The translations under genes and the position numbers were made by a program. The notes beneath the pieces were generated by a model. It made no database searches, had not been told where the DNA came from, and was given only the letters and a program-made list of their open reading frames with translations. This document shows, piece after piece, positions 51,567 through 64,000 of a DNA stretch of 64,000 nt. The stretch spans positions 12,834,001 through 12,898,000 of the forward strand of contig CP075496.1 in the NCBI GenBank assembly GCA_021613535.1, written 5' to 3'. Position 1 is the stretch's first letter. Each line of letters opens with the position of its first letter. The DNA comes from Adineta vaga. Lineage: Eukaryota > Animalia > Rotifera.

Positions 51567-54500
51567 ATGACGGATGAAATCATCTACCCACTTGATACAA
51601 GTATTGATTGATTTTCAAATGAATAATTTATCAATTTGGTTTATTTCTAGCAACATTGAATCGATATTTTATTCAATTGATTTCTTGTGGAGATGATTAT
51701 CAATTTCAAGAATTGATTCAAACATTTCTACCAGTTTTAATTCGTAGTATTGAAGTACAAAATGAGGATTTTAGAAAAAAAGTAAATGATAAGATAATTG
51801 AATCACAAAAATTCACGTTTCTTTCATAGGCATTTGAAGTGTTTGTTCATGTGAATAAACGAGTCAAATCTCGTCCAGAAATACAAATACCAGTGCAAAG
51901 TCTTTTAGAAATTTTTACAACATCAACACAATGTTCACCATTTGCTTCGGTGAGGAATCTTCTTTTGTTTTTTTGAAAAAGACGAATGTATTCTATTTAG
52001 AATTTTTCTATAATGTATATTAAAATGGGTTTTATGCGTTTAAAATCTGATCTTCAAGTTGAGTTAATTCCTCTTCTTTTTCAATCATTACCAAATCGAT
52101 CAAATTCTCATCAAGAATTACTCATGGGTCTTATCGTTTATGCTTTGCAACACGTTCGAATCATCCCGAATATGAATGAAAATATTACCAAATATGGTCT
52201 TGTTGATCAACCAACAATTCGACATTTATTTCTTAATTTTCTTCTCAATGTTCTTCTTTTACCTTACAAGTATGTTCTAAACATCTTCTCGAATAAATAA
52301 TTTCTCGATTTTCCTCTCGGCAGATTTGATGAAACAAAATCTCGAACTACGACCAATACACAACGCGCTCATGTTGAACCATCTCAAGCACCTGTCGATG
52401 AAGTTCTTTTTTCCACTATGGAAGATGCACCCAGTAAAGAACCAGAAGCATTTAAACAACCATTTCCATGTATGAATGAGCCCTTATATAATCGAATAAC
52501 TGAAGCAATTCAAACCGATGATTTAGATCAAGTTGAAAAGGTAAATACTCAAATCTAGTCAAACTAAAGATTATCAATTGAATTTTAGCTCAAAGCTGGA
52601 ATATTGAAATTTCTCAATGGAAATATCTATTCTGAAAATGAGATTGTCTTTCATTTTGTTCTATCAACAGCTGATTCAAGATACTCGTAGGTATGCTCAA
52701 CTGATTGTATTAACAAAAATTGATAAATTCTTTATTTCAGTGTTGTTCTAGCAGCTGAACATGACATCAAACGTTTAACAGTTGCTGTAGATTGGAATCT
52801 AATGCAACATATTCAACATCTATTTGAATTCTTCTTAGGAACAGCCAAAACGATTAAACAACAACAAAAAGTAATATTTTAACATTTAATTTCTCTTGAA
52901 AATCTTTATGTCAATATTTAGAATGAAGAAATGATTCGTAATCCATCAAATACACGTATTCGTTTGAAACTTTATCCTTATCTACTTAAATCACGCATAG
53001 CTAGTACAATATTTCCACATTCAATTCAAGTAAATTAATTAAATTTTCAAAAAACTCTCTTGAAAAATTTCTTTGCTTCTTTCAGATTCTTTATGAAAGT
53101 CTGTTCGGTAATTCAACAAATGCTCGGATCAAATATTTTTCATTACAATTCACACAAAATATCATTCAAAAGTGAGTTTGTTTTTGTACTGCATAATTTC
53201 ATTTCAAAACTACTTTTTCTTTTTCAGTGCTGAATTGAATCATTTAATCGGTGTATCAAAATTATTATTGAATGCTTTAGAAAAAGTTTTAAATACTGAA
53301 ACACATAAAACACATGATGCATCACGTTTAAGAAGTTTAACATATGTTTTAATTGGTAAACTTTCCTATCGTGTACCGAAATTATTTGCTGATGATATTC
53401 GTTTAACTCAACAATTTTTTGAAGCATTAAAAACTGAAGATAATGATTGTTGTTTAAACATTCAAGAAGCTTTAAAGTATGTCTAATCACATATTTCAAC
53501 GATTGAATACTATTTTTTATCTTCTAGTTTATTAGCTTATTCTCAAAAAGATGCGGGTGTGTCAAGTAAACTTATGCTTCAACAATTATTAACACAACAA
53601 GTTATTCCAAATCCAACTTCAGATGCAGTTCCAATTGATTATCCAAATTGTCGTCAAGCTGCTGTTTCATATGTGATGAATGTATTTCCATCAAATGATT
53701 GTACATCACGTTTTATTCTTCTTACAGCTTGTTCAGATCGAAATGAAGATATACGTTTATTAGCCAATCGAAATCTCTTCAATAATCAAGATGAGAATTA
53801 TCCGGATTTTCAATCGTTATTAAAATTAATTCTTTTAAATGCACATGGTGATTATCCAATGGGTAGACAAACGTTAGTTTATCATCCACAAACATATCAA
53901 GAAATGATTTATTATTTGCATCGGTGTTTGATACGACAAAATTTCAATGGCGAAAAAACAACACCTTTATGGAAATATGAAGAACAACTTCCATGTGTTG
54001 CGGAAATAGCTCGACAGAATCCAACGATTTGGTATAATTACATTCAATTCCTTCTGGATTTTGTTCTTGTTATACATGATTGTTTATCCACATATTTCCT
54101 ATTCGAAGCAATTCTTATTGGTTATCATTTAAATGATACGAAAATCGAAGATTTAATCAATGAAAATTTTAGTTCATTTCGACAATTATCTCTATTCTCA
54201 ACACGTGATGATACTCGACGTTATGCATCATTACTCTATGCCTATATTCTCTCGAAAAAAGACTCGAATCTTTCATCTCTTGATGAATTAATAAAAATTA
54301 TTCAAAACTCAAATCAACGTTTTGAACAACGTGAAGCAAGTATTTTCGTTCTTGGTTACGTTTGTTCATATCTTAATCAATCAAATTCATACGTTAATTC
54401 TGGCAAAGATATTTTATTGAAAATGTTTTTGAATAATTTCAATGAATATAATTTTGCTCTATTGATTGCCATTGGTCAATTAGCACGAATGAAATGTTTT

Positions 54501-57500
54501 ACTGATCGTGATGAGAATCAAATTGAAATTTTTATTGACAAAATTCAATCGAAAATACGAACAATAAATGAAACAAATCGATTGAAAGAAAAAGCAATTC
54601 AAACATTAGGCTTTCTTGCTGTTTGTTATCGAAAACGAAGTGAAAATATCATTGAAATATTAACACAATCACTTGTTGATACTAAACAAATTGAACTACA
54701 ATTAAATATAGGTAAGAACAGACATTTTCCTCCCATGATTCATTCATTCTCTCGTCTTATCTTATCCTTTCAGGTGATGCACTTATATGTTGTATTCTTG
54801 GTGGTGAAACACCATTGGTTGATGATCCCTATCTTATTCTTGATCATAAGTCCTCAGTTTCGAATCAAACGACTTCTAATGAACATGAATTATGTTATGA
54901 ATTAATTAAATATCTTATCAATCGTATTCTTCATTATTCATCGGATATTAACAATCCTCATAGTCGTCAAGCAGCATTTATTTGGTTATTAACATTTCTT
55001 ATACACTGTCGTCGTCCATATTTACAAAAAACATATCGTAATCTATTTGAATCAGAATTATTTCATTTACAAACAAATCTTATTTATGGTTTACTTGATC
55101 AAGATGAATTAAATCAAGAATTGTCATGTAAATGTTTAATTTATATTTATGAAATCATTGAAAATGATGAATTACAATTGAAATTTAATTCGAAATTATT
55201 TGAATATTTTACTGATAGTACACGTTCATTTTCTAGTCAACAAACAACAATTGCCTATGAACATAATATTCAACAATCAACTATTGATAATAATCAACTT
55301 GTACTTTATAAAGAATTATGTTCATTAGTTGAATTATTAAACGCATCGAAGAATATTAAATCACAATTATTCTATTCATTTCTTTATTTAGCTCATGAAA
55401 ATTCTATTTGGTCAACGACACGTTATGGACAATTGTTTTCTTTAGATAACTATGAACAAAAATCTATTGATTATATATTAATCTACATTGAACAATTCAT
55501 ATCTCGACTCTATCGTCTTCTTTACGATCCACAAATACGTATTCAACAATGTATTGAACGAATATGGAAGAAATTATTTGGGTTAACAAAACAAATTCAT
55601 ATTGTTGACAAATATTTTTCATTGATTTTCAATGAATTATATACTGATATGTTATCAACACGTTGGCGTATACGAGAAAGTATTCAATTAGCTTTCTTAG
55701 ATATTTTTCGAATGTCAAATCGAAAATTGATTGATAATCAACAATATTTAGAATTATTTCATGAATTATTTCGAAGATTATTAGCTGTTTGTGATGATAC
55801 GAAAGAATCTGTGAGAAAAGCAGCACTAACAACAATTAATTCATTTAAACAAAATTGTTTACTATTAGCTTGTGATCCAGCTACAACTATATCGAATTCG
55901 TAAGTTTTTTTTCCGTGGCAAAAAAAAGTAACACAAATGATTGTTTTGATTGTGTGATAATTTAGAATGAATGAATTGGAACATAAAGCACGTGGAAGAT
56001 ATGTACTTGAACAGATTTTACCAGTACTTTTAAATGATGGACTCTATAATAAAAATGAAGATATTGCGAAGTTTTCGTTAAATACAATTAGTAAGTTAGG
56101 ATTGAAAACAAAGTTTTTTTTAACGAGAAATACGATGGGAATATGATCTGTTTTTCTTTTTCTTTTTTCTAGTTGAAATCATTCGTTATGGTGATCGTGA
56201 AACATTAAAACCTTATTGTACTGTCATAATTATTGCTCTATTCGAAGCATTATCTTCCATTGAACCTGATATATTTAACTATGCATCAATGAAATTATCT
56301 GCTGCCGAAATGAAAGAACAAATCGATGTTGCACGTTTATTATGTGCACGTTCATCACCATTAATGGATGCAATTAATACTTGTACAAATCAATATGTTG
56401 ATGAAAATATTCTCGATGATCTTTCAGGAAAATTAATTGAAACAATTAAGCATTCTGTTGGATTAACTACAAAATGTCTTATTGGACAATATTTTATAAC
56501 ATTAGCTAATCTTTATCCAACAAATTGCTCGAAATATGTAGGTAAATGGATGGCGGTATTAGTAAATACGATGAGTGTCAATTCCAATCGTACATTAAGA
56601 AAAACTTATACAAGTGTATTAGGTACCATTGTTCGAATAGCTAAACGTTCATCGATTGAAAATCTTCTACAGAAAATTTCGACGTGGTATTATCAAACGG
56701 ACGGTGATTATCAATATGTTTGTGCATTAACATTGAATTCAATTTCTCAATCGAATCAAGATTTATTAATGGAATATGGACAACAAACTTTACCATTGAT
56801 ATTTGTAGCGATGCAAGAAAAAAGTCTGACGAATAAAGTGGAAGAGGAACAACAGGAAGAATTGATTTGGAAAAATCTATGGATTGAACATACTGGAAGT
56901 TCAATGACTGGCATACAAATGTATATGAAAGGAATTATTGATAATATTCGTTTAGCAATTGAACATAGTTCATATGAAATGAAAATAAAAGGTGCACGAG
57001 CAATACAAATGATTGGAGAAACATTGAAAAATAGTTTAGATCGTGAGAATTTGATTGTTTTAGTAGATTTTCTGTTAAAAGGATTATATGGACGAGTTTA
57101 TGAAGGCAAAGTAAGTGTGAATTGAATTTTTTTACATAAAATATATTAGTTATTTTCTCGGTATATGCTAGGAATGTTTCCTACGAGCAATTGAAACAAT
57201 CTGTACATATTGCAAGTAAGTAAACATGATCACAGAATAAATACACAAAAAAAGTTCCTTTCCTTTCGTTTTTAATAACGAGAATTATCTATTGACAAAA
57301 TTCTTCTTTGACCTTTCATCTTCCTATAAAATATTTTATTAACACGATTACGTCATTTTTACACATCGTTGTGAAATTTATCCTCTTATTCATATGACAT
57401 GTTTTCTTTCATAAAATTACTGTGCAACGTAGTGTGAAGTATGGATCAAATATATTGTTAATTCTTCTTTCATAGAGATTCATTAAAAACTTCTCCTGAT

Positions 57501-58277
57501 CTCATTCAACGTATTTATGATCACATTCTGAAAGAATGTAAAAAAGAATTGCTTACATATCGATCTATTGCAATACGTGTATTGTCATTACTTGCTGATC
57601 AATATGATTTTCAAGTTTATGAACTTTTCTGGACATGGTTTGAAAAAGCATTGAAACAACCAGTAAGTATCCTTTCTTTCATTTGAATTCATTAAACATA
57701 TGATATTTAGGATTCGGATGAAGAAGAACAAGGAATGAATGATAATGATGAAGATCCTGTTCTATCCGATGCATATCATCGCACATTAATCGAATGTTTA
57801 CCACGTTTTTGGCCAAAAATATTTGAAATTGAAAATCAATACAAACAATCGACTTTTAATCTTCTCAATGAACTTATCTATCATTCCAGTTGGCAACTTC
57901 AATTACTTATTATTCAATCTATCAATAAAATTCTAGAAAATACTTCCACAATAATCTCATCTGATATCATATCTTTAATAGAACCAATTGTTAATCTTGG
58001 TCCACGTACAAAATCCACTGGATTAAAACGTGAAATTTTAAAATTTCTTCATATTTTCTTTGGTAACTCTCGATATTCCAATTGTCTATGTGAAAATGAA
58101 AATCTACAAAAAGTTCTTCAATTTAATATCGAAGAAATGATTCATGATAATCGTTCATCTGAAATCAGTGAACAAGCAAAAGAAATTAAAAAATCCAATG
58201 AACATTTCTTTTTAAAAACTATAAAACATGAAGAATCTATTCAACCGACAACTGTTGAACAAAATGATTTATTTTAA
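51567..58277 (+). CDS. ECM29: Proteasome adapter and scaffold protein ECM29 (HEAT repeats), multi-exon
   Basis: FLPVL..FRKK|AFEVFVHVNKRVKSRPEIQIPV; NFSIMYIKMGFMRL; TRIRLKLYPYLLKSR; HSRQAAFIWLL; YKELCSL; RLYRLLYDP; WRIRES; DDTKESVRKAA. Confidence 0.93.
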
Positions 58278-58317
58278 TGATAAACTTATTTGAATTTTTT
58301 GTTTTGTTTTGTTTTAG

Positions 58318-58784
58318 ATGAAAAGAAATCTTCTTAGTTTAATTACACGAACTGTATTCAATCAAAATTTCATTTCTCAAAGATATACATCGAACACAAT
58401 TCCATTTGTTAATGTTAAAGTAGTCGATCGAGATAACAAAACAGTCGAAGTAAAAGCAAAAATCGGTACAAATATGCTCGATGTTGTTCTTGATAATAAA
58501 ATAGATATCGATGGATTTGGTGCATGTGAAGGAACACTTGCTTGTTCGACATGTCATGTGATACTTGATAGTGATAATTATAAAACCTTACCTGAACCAG
58601 TCGATGAAGAAAATGATATGTTAGATTTAGCTTTTGGTTTAACACCGACTTCTCGTCTTGCTTGTCAAATTATTGTAGAACCAAGAATGAAAGATTGGAC
58701 TTTTGTTGTACCGAAAGTAAGAAGAGAATTTTTAGAATTAATTTTACTGATTGTTTTTCTTAGGATGTGAACGATCAACGTTAA
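58318..58784 (+). CDS. FDX1: Mitochondrial adrenodoxin-type [2Fe-2S] ferredoxin (2 exons)
   Basis: Basic/hydroxylated presequence; DGFGACEGTLACSTCH; DEENDMLDLAFGLTPTSRLACQ; last exon DVNDQR* at 58764-58784. Confidence 0.95.
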
Positions 58785-58932
58785 TAGAAAAATCAAAGAA
58801 TAATTGAAATTTTGTTTTTTAGTAAACTATATTTTTATATTGTTACTAACGTTGAGAGATTTGGCTATAGGAAACCGTTTGTTTTTTTGCTTGTCCTATA
58901 TAATCTTTATTCTAGATGACGATTCTTTGTTG

Positions 58933-61900
58933 ATGGGAAATCAAATTGCACATATACCTAATCAGATTCTTAACGTCGAAACCTACTTTAATGATTTAAG
59001 TGGATACGACTATGTTAAAAAGTATTTTCGACATAATTTTTATAAAATATCAATTGTTTAATTTTTTTCAGTTTGGGTGTTACTCGATTTTTAAAAGTAG
59101 CAAAAGGCAAAACCAGGTAAAATAAACAACATTTTCTTATTGAATTTTTCTTATTTTCAATATCAAAAGAAATGGTTATTGTGTTCTCAAAATTTTTCAA
59201 ATTGTCGATCAATCACTTCCATATGATCAATACAAAGCACAAATTCAAGGTATATAGATTTTCGTTTCGATCTAATCTTTTCCACAAGCAATATTTTAGA
59301 AATCTATTCAATTCTTCATGAAAAAGAAGTTGCACCATCTCCATTAAAAAACTGTCTACCATTTCAAATTGTCACTGTAAGTTTAATCTTATTCCTTAAC
59401 TATATTTCGTTCTTTCCTTTCCTTTCCAGAAAAATGATCGTTCAATTATTTTAACACGTCCTTATATAAAAGATAACTTATTTTATCGCTTACAAACTCG
59501 ACCTTATCTAACACGAATTGAGAAGAAATGGATTGCATATCAATTGTTAATTGCATTGAAACATATTCATCATGTGAATATTACTCATGGCGATTTAAAA
59601 ATTGAAAATATTTTATTAACAAGTTATAATTGGATTTTATTAAGTGATTTTGCAAATTTTAAACCAACATTTTTTGCTTATGTAAATATAGAAATGAAAT
59701 CTTAGAAGATAAATGTTAATTTCCTTGTTTTTTTTCAGGAAGATCCAGCGGAATATTATTATTATTTTAATGCATCACAACGAAATGTTTGTTATTTAGC
59801 TCCGGAACGTTTTTATGATCAAACAAGAATTAAAGATGATGTTAATAACGATACATTTTCAACTAGTTTCGGAAAATTAGGTACACCTGCTATGGATATA
59901 TTCTCTCTCGGGTAAAAGTTTTCACAACACAAAATTCTTTCAATCTATTTTTTGTTTTTAATTTCAGATGTATCTTGACAGAGTTATTTACTGAACAACC
60001 ATTATTTACTTTAACACAAATGCTTGATTATCGAAATGATACTTATGATCCAATGCCAGTGGTTAATAAGATTGTTGATGTTGATATACGAGTAAATGAC
60101 AGAGAGAGAGTTTAAAGCGTATATGAGATTACTTTTTTCTTTCTATGAAGGCTATGGTTGCTAGTATGATTGATCGTGATCCATCGAAACGTCATACAGC
60201 TGAACAATATCTTGACGAACAAACAGGCAAAGCATTTCCATCATGTTTCCATACATTTATTTTACCATATGTACAAAAAATTTTGAAAGAATTTTCACCA
60301 GATTTCGTTATTTATAAGTATATGAAGAACCGAAATAAACTTTGCCTTTTCATCATATCGATTTATGTTTAGACTTCATCGAGATTTTTCAAATATCATG
60401 AATAGTTTATTTGCGGATAATAATCAAACAAATGAAAACCAAATAGATACGGATGAAGAAAAACAACGAGAATCATCCGAATGTTTATTAATACTTCTAT
60501 CACTTGCATTATCTTGTATGAGAAAATTAAAAGTATGATTATTTACAAAGTAGCAAGTTTTTGAAAAAAATTATTTCATTGTTTTTTAGCATTTACATTC
60601 TCGATTAGTAGCATTGGAACTTTTACGTTTAATGATTCCATTAGTTGATGATCAGATTATACTCGATCGAATTTTACCTTATGTGGTAAATAATCACATC
60701 GATCAATCATTTCCATATCGACTATTTGTTTGTTTAGAATGCAATGTTACATGATTCTTATCATCGTGTGCGAGCGGATGCCATACGAACTCTTGTCTTT
60801 GCTATAGGATCAGTAAAAACTATCAATCAAGAAAATGCTGATCTTTTCAGTGAATATCTATTTCCAACATTGGTAAATTTTTCTATTCTTTCTCAACTAG
60901 TTTTGCATGTTTCTTTTTTTTTGTTCTCCGATTTAGTCAACATCATATATTCAAGATGATTATTATGTACAATCAAATCTTGCGAAATATCTATCAGTAC
61001 TTGCTGAACAATCATTACGGTAATATTGACGATTGTTCTTTAATGTTAACGGTATAGATTTGTGTTTTCCTTGAATAGGTTTCTGGAAAAAACGTATTTA
61101 ATTGAAGAACGAAATCATACGATAAATAATGATTATTTTGTAAATATGAAAACTTCCTTCTCTTTTCTTTCTTCGAACAAATAAACAACTAATGATTTGT
61201 TTGATTTTATTCTATAGAAACTTTATGAAGAAGAATTGAAGAGTGTTCAAACATGGATGCAAGGTAAATTTGGTGATCTCATACATGGTGATAATGAAGA
61301 TCAAAATGGTCAATTAGCAGAAGCTGTATGTCGATCGGATCTTATACGATTATGTACATTTTTTGGCAAACGAAAAAGTAATTAAAGAAATTCTTTGTTT
61401 TTTCTGGAGAAATAATGTTTTCTTTTTAGCAATCGAAGTTATTTGTGGACATTTAACAACACTGTTAAGTAAACCTAATTGGCGTTTACGTGCAACATTA
61501 TTTGATAGTTTGGTTACTGTTGCGTCGTATATTGGACTTGAAAGTGAATTATTCATTCAACCATTATTAACTCAAGTATAAATGAAATGATTTTGTTTTA
61601 TATCTAAAGAAGATCTATTTATTAAATTTAAGGGCTTGACGGATGAAGAAGAATTTGTTGTTCATCGAGTATTAAAAGCATTGGCATGTTTTGTTCGTTT
61701 GTCATTATTAAAACGAAAAACAATTTATGATTTTCTTCGACAAGTTGCACCACTTGTTTGTCATCCGGTATGATCAGATTGATTGATTGAAGAATTGTTT
61801 AATAATAAACTTAATTTGTATCTAGAATCTTTGGCTTCGATTAAGTGTCATTGAATTTATTAGTAGTATTTGTGAAAAGTCTCATTTAGCTGATGTACAT

Positions 61901-64000
61901 GGATTTGTTATTCCGGTGATTGAAAAATTTTTCAAATTTCAAATTATTCAAGTGGAAAATCCAGTAAGTTATTCCTAGATATTGAGAAGAACTTTAAAAG
62001 AAATAGATGAATTGTTTATTATTATTATTATTTAGGACATTTTATATAATGCTTTGATTGAACCATTATCGCGTGATTTATTTGAATACATTCAACAAGT
62101 TCAACCGAATGAAAATCTCTTTCGACATTTAACTGATCGATCAAATGTTCGACAAATGACTGGTAGTGGATTAAAACCAGCTTATACAGAACCTACAGAT
62201 CCGTTTGTTCGTGACGTAAGAATTATTTTCTTCTAAAATTCTTATTTTACTCATCGATAATCTTCTTGTTTTTCAGGCATTTGATAAATTAATTGAGTTA
62301 GGAATGAAAGAAGAGGATGAAAATAAAATTTTAGCTTTAAAATTCTTTGTCAAACAAGTTCCACAATATAAATTAGAGTAAATATTTTCTTATTCATCTA
62401 ATGTAAAGATATATTCATTCTATTTAGTGCCAGTGCATCAACTGAAGCAGTAACTAGACCAGGTACAATCCATATAAATATTCCTCCTGGACGTCGACAT
62501 GATTTAAGTTTAAATATCAATCGTACTAATATGGAGAATTATCCTGCACGAAATTTAAATAATGATAGTGTAAGTATTAAAATCTTTCGAATATTATTGT
62601 TTTGTCATTAGCAATTTTTTTTCTCCATCATAGTCCGATTGGTCTGAAATGTTTGGAGCTGTGACAATGCAAGCACCAAATCAACAAGAAAACATTCCTC
62701 CTAATTCAAATGACAAAACAATTCAAGAAAATACAGATGAAGCAATGTTAGTTGATACGGTACAATATCAATTACCCTCAACAGAAAATATAACACAACA
62801 TCGACAACATTATTTTATTGAACCAACAACAAAAATATTACGAACAGGTTTGAAGAAATTCATTCATAAACGAGTTCTTGTAATTAAATCATTTTCATTG
62901 AAGGTCTTCGTTTACAATGCCTGACAGAACAAACTAATTTAGTATTAAAACATCAAGCTGTCTATCGAGAAGATTGTCAACGAGCAAAATTACTTAAACG
63001 TAGTGTACCAACGAATGTTTTTGAAATATCAGATCAAAAACTTTGGACACCACAAGGTACTCTTCTTGGTCATGTTCATTTACATAATGGCAAAATAACA
63101 AAGTAGAAATGAAATTTTAATGAGAATTTTTGAATAGAAAGATCTATTGATTTTAGATTAACATCAAGTCTTGTTTCACCATCGGCTACATATTATACAC
63201 AATTTTTTGCTACCGGTGATTCGAAAGGAGCAATACGATTATGGGATATCAATCAATTCCAAAAATCGCTAATCTTTCGACCATCAAGAGCAATTCGTGG
63301 AACACGTATGTATAGATTTTTCTTTTGTAATGTGAAGTTTACCTACTGAATAAGAAAAAGAACTATTGTAATTGTTGATTTTGTTTTAGCATCATCTGTT
63401 CGTGGTTTAGCATTTACATCGGATAATAATTTAAATCTTGCTTCGCTGAATGAAAATGGTCAATTGAATATTTTTGAGTAAATACAAACAAAATTTTTTA
63501 TAACTAAAATTTATTTCAATCGTTTGTATTTTTTTTTGTTTAGTCTTAGTTCAGCAACGGCAGATATTCGTGAACCATTCTATAATTTAGAATTAAATGT
63601 TGCTGATGTTGGTGTACCAATTGATTTAAAATATTTTAATACAGGTTCGCAAGATATTTTAGCATTAGCTACATCTCAAGGATTAATTGTTGGTATTGAT
63701 ACTCGATGTTCATCACCAGTATTTCGATTTAAAAATGATTTGAATCATCGTAAGAAAATCGATTCTTTTCATTGATAATTTAGAATTTAGTTTTATTTCT
63801 CTTTAGGTTTAATAACTGCATTAGAAGTTGATGAACTTCAATCATGGTTAGCTGTTGGTACGGGTAGTGGATTTATTGATATATGGGATATGCGTTTTCA
63901 ATTATGTATACAAGGAATGAGACATCCGACAGGTAAGGAAAAGAAAATCTTGAAATATAAACTAATTTTATTTTCAATCATTTAGGTGCACGTGTTATTA
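58933..64000 (+). CDS. PIK3R4: PI3-kinase regulatory subunit 4 / VPS15 (kinase, HEAT, WD40); incomplete at the window end
   Basis: Myristoylation start MGNQ; SLGVTRFLKVAK; RLQTRPYLTRIEKKWIAYQLL; HGDLKIENILL; DFANFKP; CYLAPERF; ILDRILPY; GLTDEEEFVV; HP|NLWLR; WD40 repeats (WLAVGTGSG..WDMRF). Confidence 0.96.

Noticed and set aside
58200-58784. ECM29-FDX1 fusion protein
   Set aside because: ECM29 ends in tandem in-frame stops (TAA TGA TAA), and FDX1 keeps an N-terminal mitochondrial presequence.
62840-62950. Apparent frameshift or non-canonical intron in VPS15
   Set aside because: Resolved by a canonical phase-1 intron ACA G|GTTTGA...TTGAAG|GT CTT.
1-64000. CRISPR arrays, tRNA/rRNA genes, prokaryotic defence systems
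   Set aside because: No regularly spaced repeats, cloverleafs or rRNA-like sequence were seen, and the window is eukaryotic. Only short microsatellites (TA, GT, CTT) are present.

Overview
AT-rich eukaryotic DNA with many short (~50-65 nt) GT-AG introns and a metazoan gene set. The compact introns, codon style and interspersed intronless bacterial-type genes point to a bdelloid rotifer-like genome (inference, not proven). About 20 genes are supported by hand-spliced translation: a class A GPCR (5' part), two tandem SAM-like plus SAMD3-like paralogues, QSOX, GM2-activator/ML protein, LRP2BP, Ral, an intronless GH31 glycosidase with an intronless secreted FAD oxidoreductase next to it, a CD38/CD157-type ADP-ribosyl cyclase, liprin-beta, LSM12, integrin beta, a B-box-like/coiled-coil gene, DUSP12, an intronless DUF4440/SnoaL-like gene, RUNDC3, RBM7, ECM29, FDX1 and PIK3R4/VPS15 (runs off the window). 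Main points of interest: (1) operon-like co-directional genes only 40-150 nt apart, with unpaired pyrimidine-tract/AG acceptors just before start codons, suggesting polycistronic transcription resolved by spliced-leader trans-splicing; one such pair consists of two bacterial-type genes. (2) A ~3.9 kb unit (42285-46185) with Helentron/Crypton-like ends, carrying a dead piggyBac C-terminus and a decayed envelope-like glycoprotein gene. (3) Liprin-beta has up to four candidate alternative first exons and two candidate C-termini. Family assignments come from recalled motifs; no database search was run.
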